DNA of 64,000 nucleotides from Raillietiella orientalis (Eukaryota): NCBI GenBank assembly GCA_036172245.1, contig JAYWIR010000005.1, positions 3,410,001 to 3,474,000 of the forward strand, read 5' to 3'. Shown piece by piece: positions 60,986 to 64,000 of this stretch (position 1 is its first letter; each line of letters starts with the position of its first letter). The notes under the pieces were generated by a model. It saw only the letters and a program-made list of their open reading frames with translations, ran no database searches and was not told where the DNA came from. The position numbers and the translations under genes were made by a program.

Positions 60986-63915
60986 AGTGTGCGGATCCAA
61001 CCACTCATCTTTGGTACGTCGATTTTTTTTGTTCCTCCAGACGACAACAAATCGACCACAGAATGCTGAAAGCGGAAAATGAACTCCGCTCCGTTTGTAA
61101 CGGCGACCCTGTTGTCTCCTGACCGAGTTTGCCCTTCGGGTCGACCCAGGCGCCCTGCCATTCACCGAAAGAGAATGAACAACCTCAACGCAAAGGATCG
61201 TCGACAGGCACGTAATCTGCATGTTGTAAAAGGGTTGAGGAACCTGATCTGGAGTGCCCGTTCCATTCCTGAGGGACTATGGATGACTGCGCATGATTAC
61301 AAAGGGTTGCAATGAGAGAGCAGCATCGATATTCTCAGCATTCCGTGACACTCCATCTTCGCCATCTCTTATGCGGGAACGTGCTTCCGATGGATTTTGC
61401 CAAGAAGCGGTGATTTTTTTTAACGAGCACTTCATAAGGATGAACACTGACGAAGCCATTTCTTAACGCTGATGGGGTGTCTGTTCGATTTTTCTTTCGA
61501 AAGTCCAATACTGGTAGAGCTGAATGGCCAGTGGGGTATAGTGGCAGGGCCCTCCATGATGACCTACTCGATAGATTACGTAACAGCGAGGAAGAAACAA
61601 AACACACGGTGTAAAAAAAGAAAAAAAACGAAACTCTCTTCAGCTTCGAATATGTTTTTTTTTTCGTACACCTCCCGCCACTTCATTTAGCAGTCGAAGT
61701 TCGGCGTGTTTGCTCTTACTCAGATTTCCCGCTTCACAGGCAAAGCTGTAAATCATGAAAGAGCATAAGATGGCTGATATCGGAGTGCACAAATAGTTTT
61801 GCTGCTCGCCACAAAAATCTCTTTCTTCATGTGAATTCATGCTGAAAATCTCTTCGAGTGCAAAGGAGTCTCGAAAATAACCGCGCGTTTCCTTCGTGCT
61901 TGCGATGACAGATGCTGACTCGATCTTGGACTCGGGCACGTTTCAAAAGCACGCTTTCATCAGGCGAGACTTAGTTTCCATTTTTGAGATCCCCTTTGTA
62001 TCATATCAGCAGATGACACGAATCAGAAGGGAAACCTACGCGTTGTGGAAGAAGCCATAGTAACGGTTTCCAGGGTATCCGGGCAGGAGAAATTATTCTC
62101 CTGTACTCTCACACCTTACAAAGAATCTCATGTTCCATCACTTCTGCTCAAAGAAGAAGAAGAAGGAAAGAGGCAAATTCTTTGATTACATACAAGATGC
62201 AATGATGTCTGTCTGTCTTGACGTCTTCATTTGGACGCATTATCTAGGACAGTTTTGTAAGCAACAAAATAAGATTGAACGCTTCCACCCATCCTTTAAA
62301 GGTAAATTTGCCAACGGTACATTCCGAGTATATTAAAGACTAGTTGGAAGTAATGGAAAGGTACAGATGAGAGGCGAAAGGTGGACCTTGACACGTTCCA
62401 CAGCTCGCATCAGACGCATCTGCAGGAGGTGCTCCAAATGCACTCCTCCTTCAGACAGCTCCTTCATCTCGTTGAACAGGAGATCGGGGTACAGCGTCCA
62501 CACGACGTCATGGCGTTTCATTTTGCCAGGACGAAGCTTGGAACAGGAGGACACGTTCGTGTTCATTTAATACACGAAGAAACCCCGCTTCCGGCCATCG
62601 ATTCTCATAATCTGAGTGGTACGCTTGCTTACTAACCAACTGGATGGAAACATCAACCTCTCCTGGACAGGTTTTCGTGTCCTCCGCCTCTTCAATATGG
62701 CGTAAGTCCTGTGTGTTCTTCATGCCACTCAGAAACCAAAACGCCTCCATTCGTTGATCCGATCCACCTGCAAGAATTTCATCCCAAGTTTACAAGTGTG
62801 GATCAACTGACAATCAGTGACACAAGAATGTGCTCCTCGGAATCAAGAAAATGCATCAGAAGACATTGGAATTGGTGAAGAAGACGTCGGGACAGATTTC
62901 CAGAATCCGCCCCTCGGCAGCCTTTCCGGATTTCCAAAACAAGTTACTTCACATTCACTTGAACACCCAATCACACATGCATACGAGAATGTGCTACCCG
63001 CATAGCCTCAGCAAGTCTTTGGGCTGTAGCATTAAAATCACGAGTCTCCGTTTCCGAGTCCTCGTGAGCGTCCGCATGGACATCCATGAATGTTTTTGTC
63101 TTTGTAAAGAACTGAATATAGGGCAATCAATTATACACTGCACATTTCGGTATCACATCCACGGCGAACTATCCTTAGCATTTTGGGGAATGGATTTCCG
63201 TGAGTTTCTCTTCTGCAGTATGCAATTCCGGTAACTCGTCAAATCACTTTTGGTCACCTCTTGGTCTGCTGAGCTCAGGTGAGACATCCAACATCTATGG
63301 GCATTCAGGACTGTCTGTATACCGAGCTTGATAAGATATGGTGTGGCAAAAACTGCTAGCAACGTTTGGATGACGACAGAGTGTATGGGTGGATGGTAAT
63401 GCGAGGGAGAAACACCTCGGTGACCAATGTCATAAGGAATTTCGAAAACCGTGTCGGTTACGATGCACCGAAGACCAGAATGCGACTCACAACACTCAAT
63501 GGTGTCACTGCTTACGATTTCTCCTAAAGCAAAATGGAAATAGGACTGCCCAAAACGTACAGAATGCTTAGTTCAAAGGGAAAAACGATGTCGGAATGTA
63601 CCACAGCTGCGCAACACCCAATTATACGTCCGTTATGCATGGTGCTTCGTCCTAACGTTCATTTTTTTCCAATGTTCAAATTCCTCTACGAAAATGGAAC
63701 AGTAGATTACCATTTACCCCATTTTGAAATAAACAACAAATAATCTATTGAAAAAATCAGAAATGCCAAGTACAGTTTTAGAAATGAAATGACTTCCTTG
63801 AAATAACATGAAATTATGAAGCAATCATTACCTATAACTTGCCTTCCTACTCTATCAACCTAAGCATGATTGATGTATTGGACATAGTTGTAGTGATTGC
63901 CACATTGTCAATATT
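60986..63915 (+). repeat. Segmental duplication A, copy 2; keeps only the last ~70 bp of the ANK-PRANC gene
   Basis: Near-identity with 1-2953 ends after CATTGTCAATATT at 63915. Confidence 0.97.
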
Positions 63916-64000
63916 GTCATTTCATCTCCTGATGTGGAGAACAAAGTTCGTCAAGCAATGATCTGACATGAGATGCAGCTGCCGTTTTAGACCGACGTTT

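Overview
Repeat-rich eukaryotic (animal) genomic DNA with no intact host gene that I can support. It reads as a graveyard of foreign and mobile DNA. Contents: (1) an intronless, AT-rich, disrupted ankyrin-PRANC gene of Wolbachia/Rickettsiales type (2885-5615, minus). (2) A decayed but near-complete ambisense CRESS (circular Rep-encoding ssDNA) virus genome: capsid, origin stem-loop and Rep (about 23160-25178), with a partial second copy near 50.8-51.6 kb. (3) A ~184-bp mitochondrial insertion carrying T-armless tRNA-Pro and tRNA-Thr inside a LINE RT. (4) A split, inverted eIF3f pseudogene. (5) About a dozen L1/Tx1-like LINE fragments, mostly on the minus strand, one NeSL/Utopia-type RLE element fragment and weak DNA-transposon remnants. 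(6) Two adjacent satellites (643/644-bp unit x ~6.2 and ~423-bp unit x ~19) and a 109-bp minisatellite. (7) Two segmental duplications (1-2953 vs 60986-63915; ~19.5-24.2 kb vs ~45.1-51.6 kb). All family assignments come from motifs read by eye and compared with remembered consensus sequences; no database search was run, and boundaries of decayed elements are approximate.
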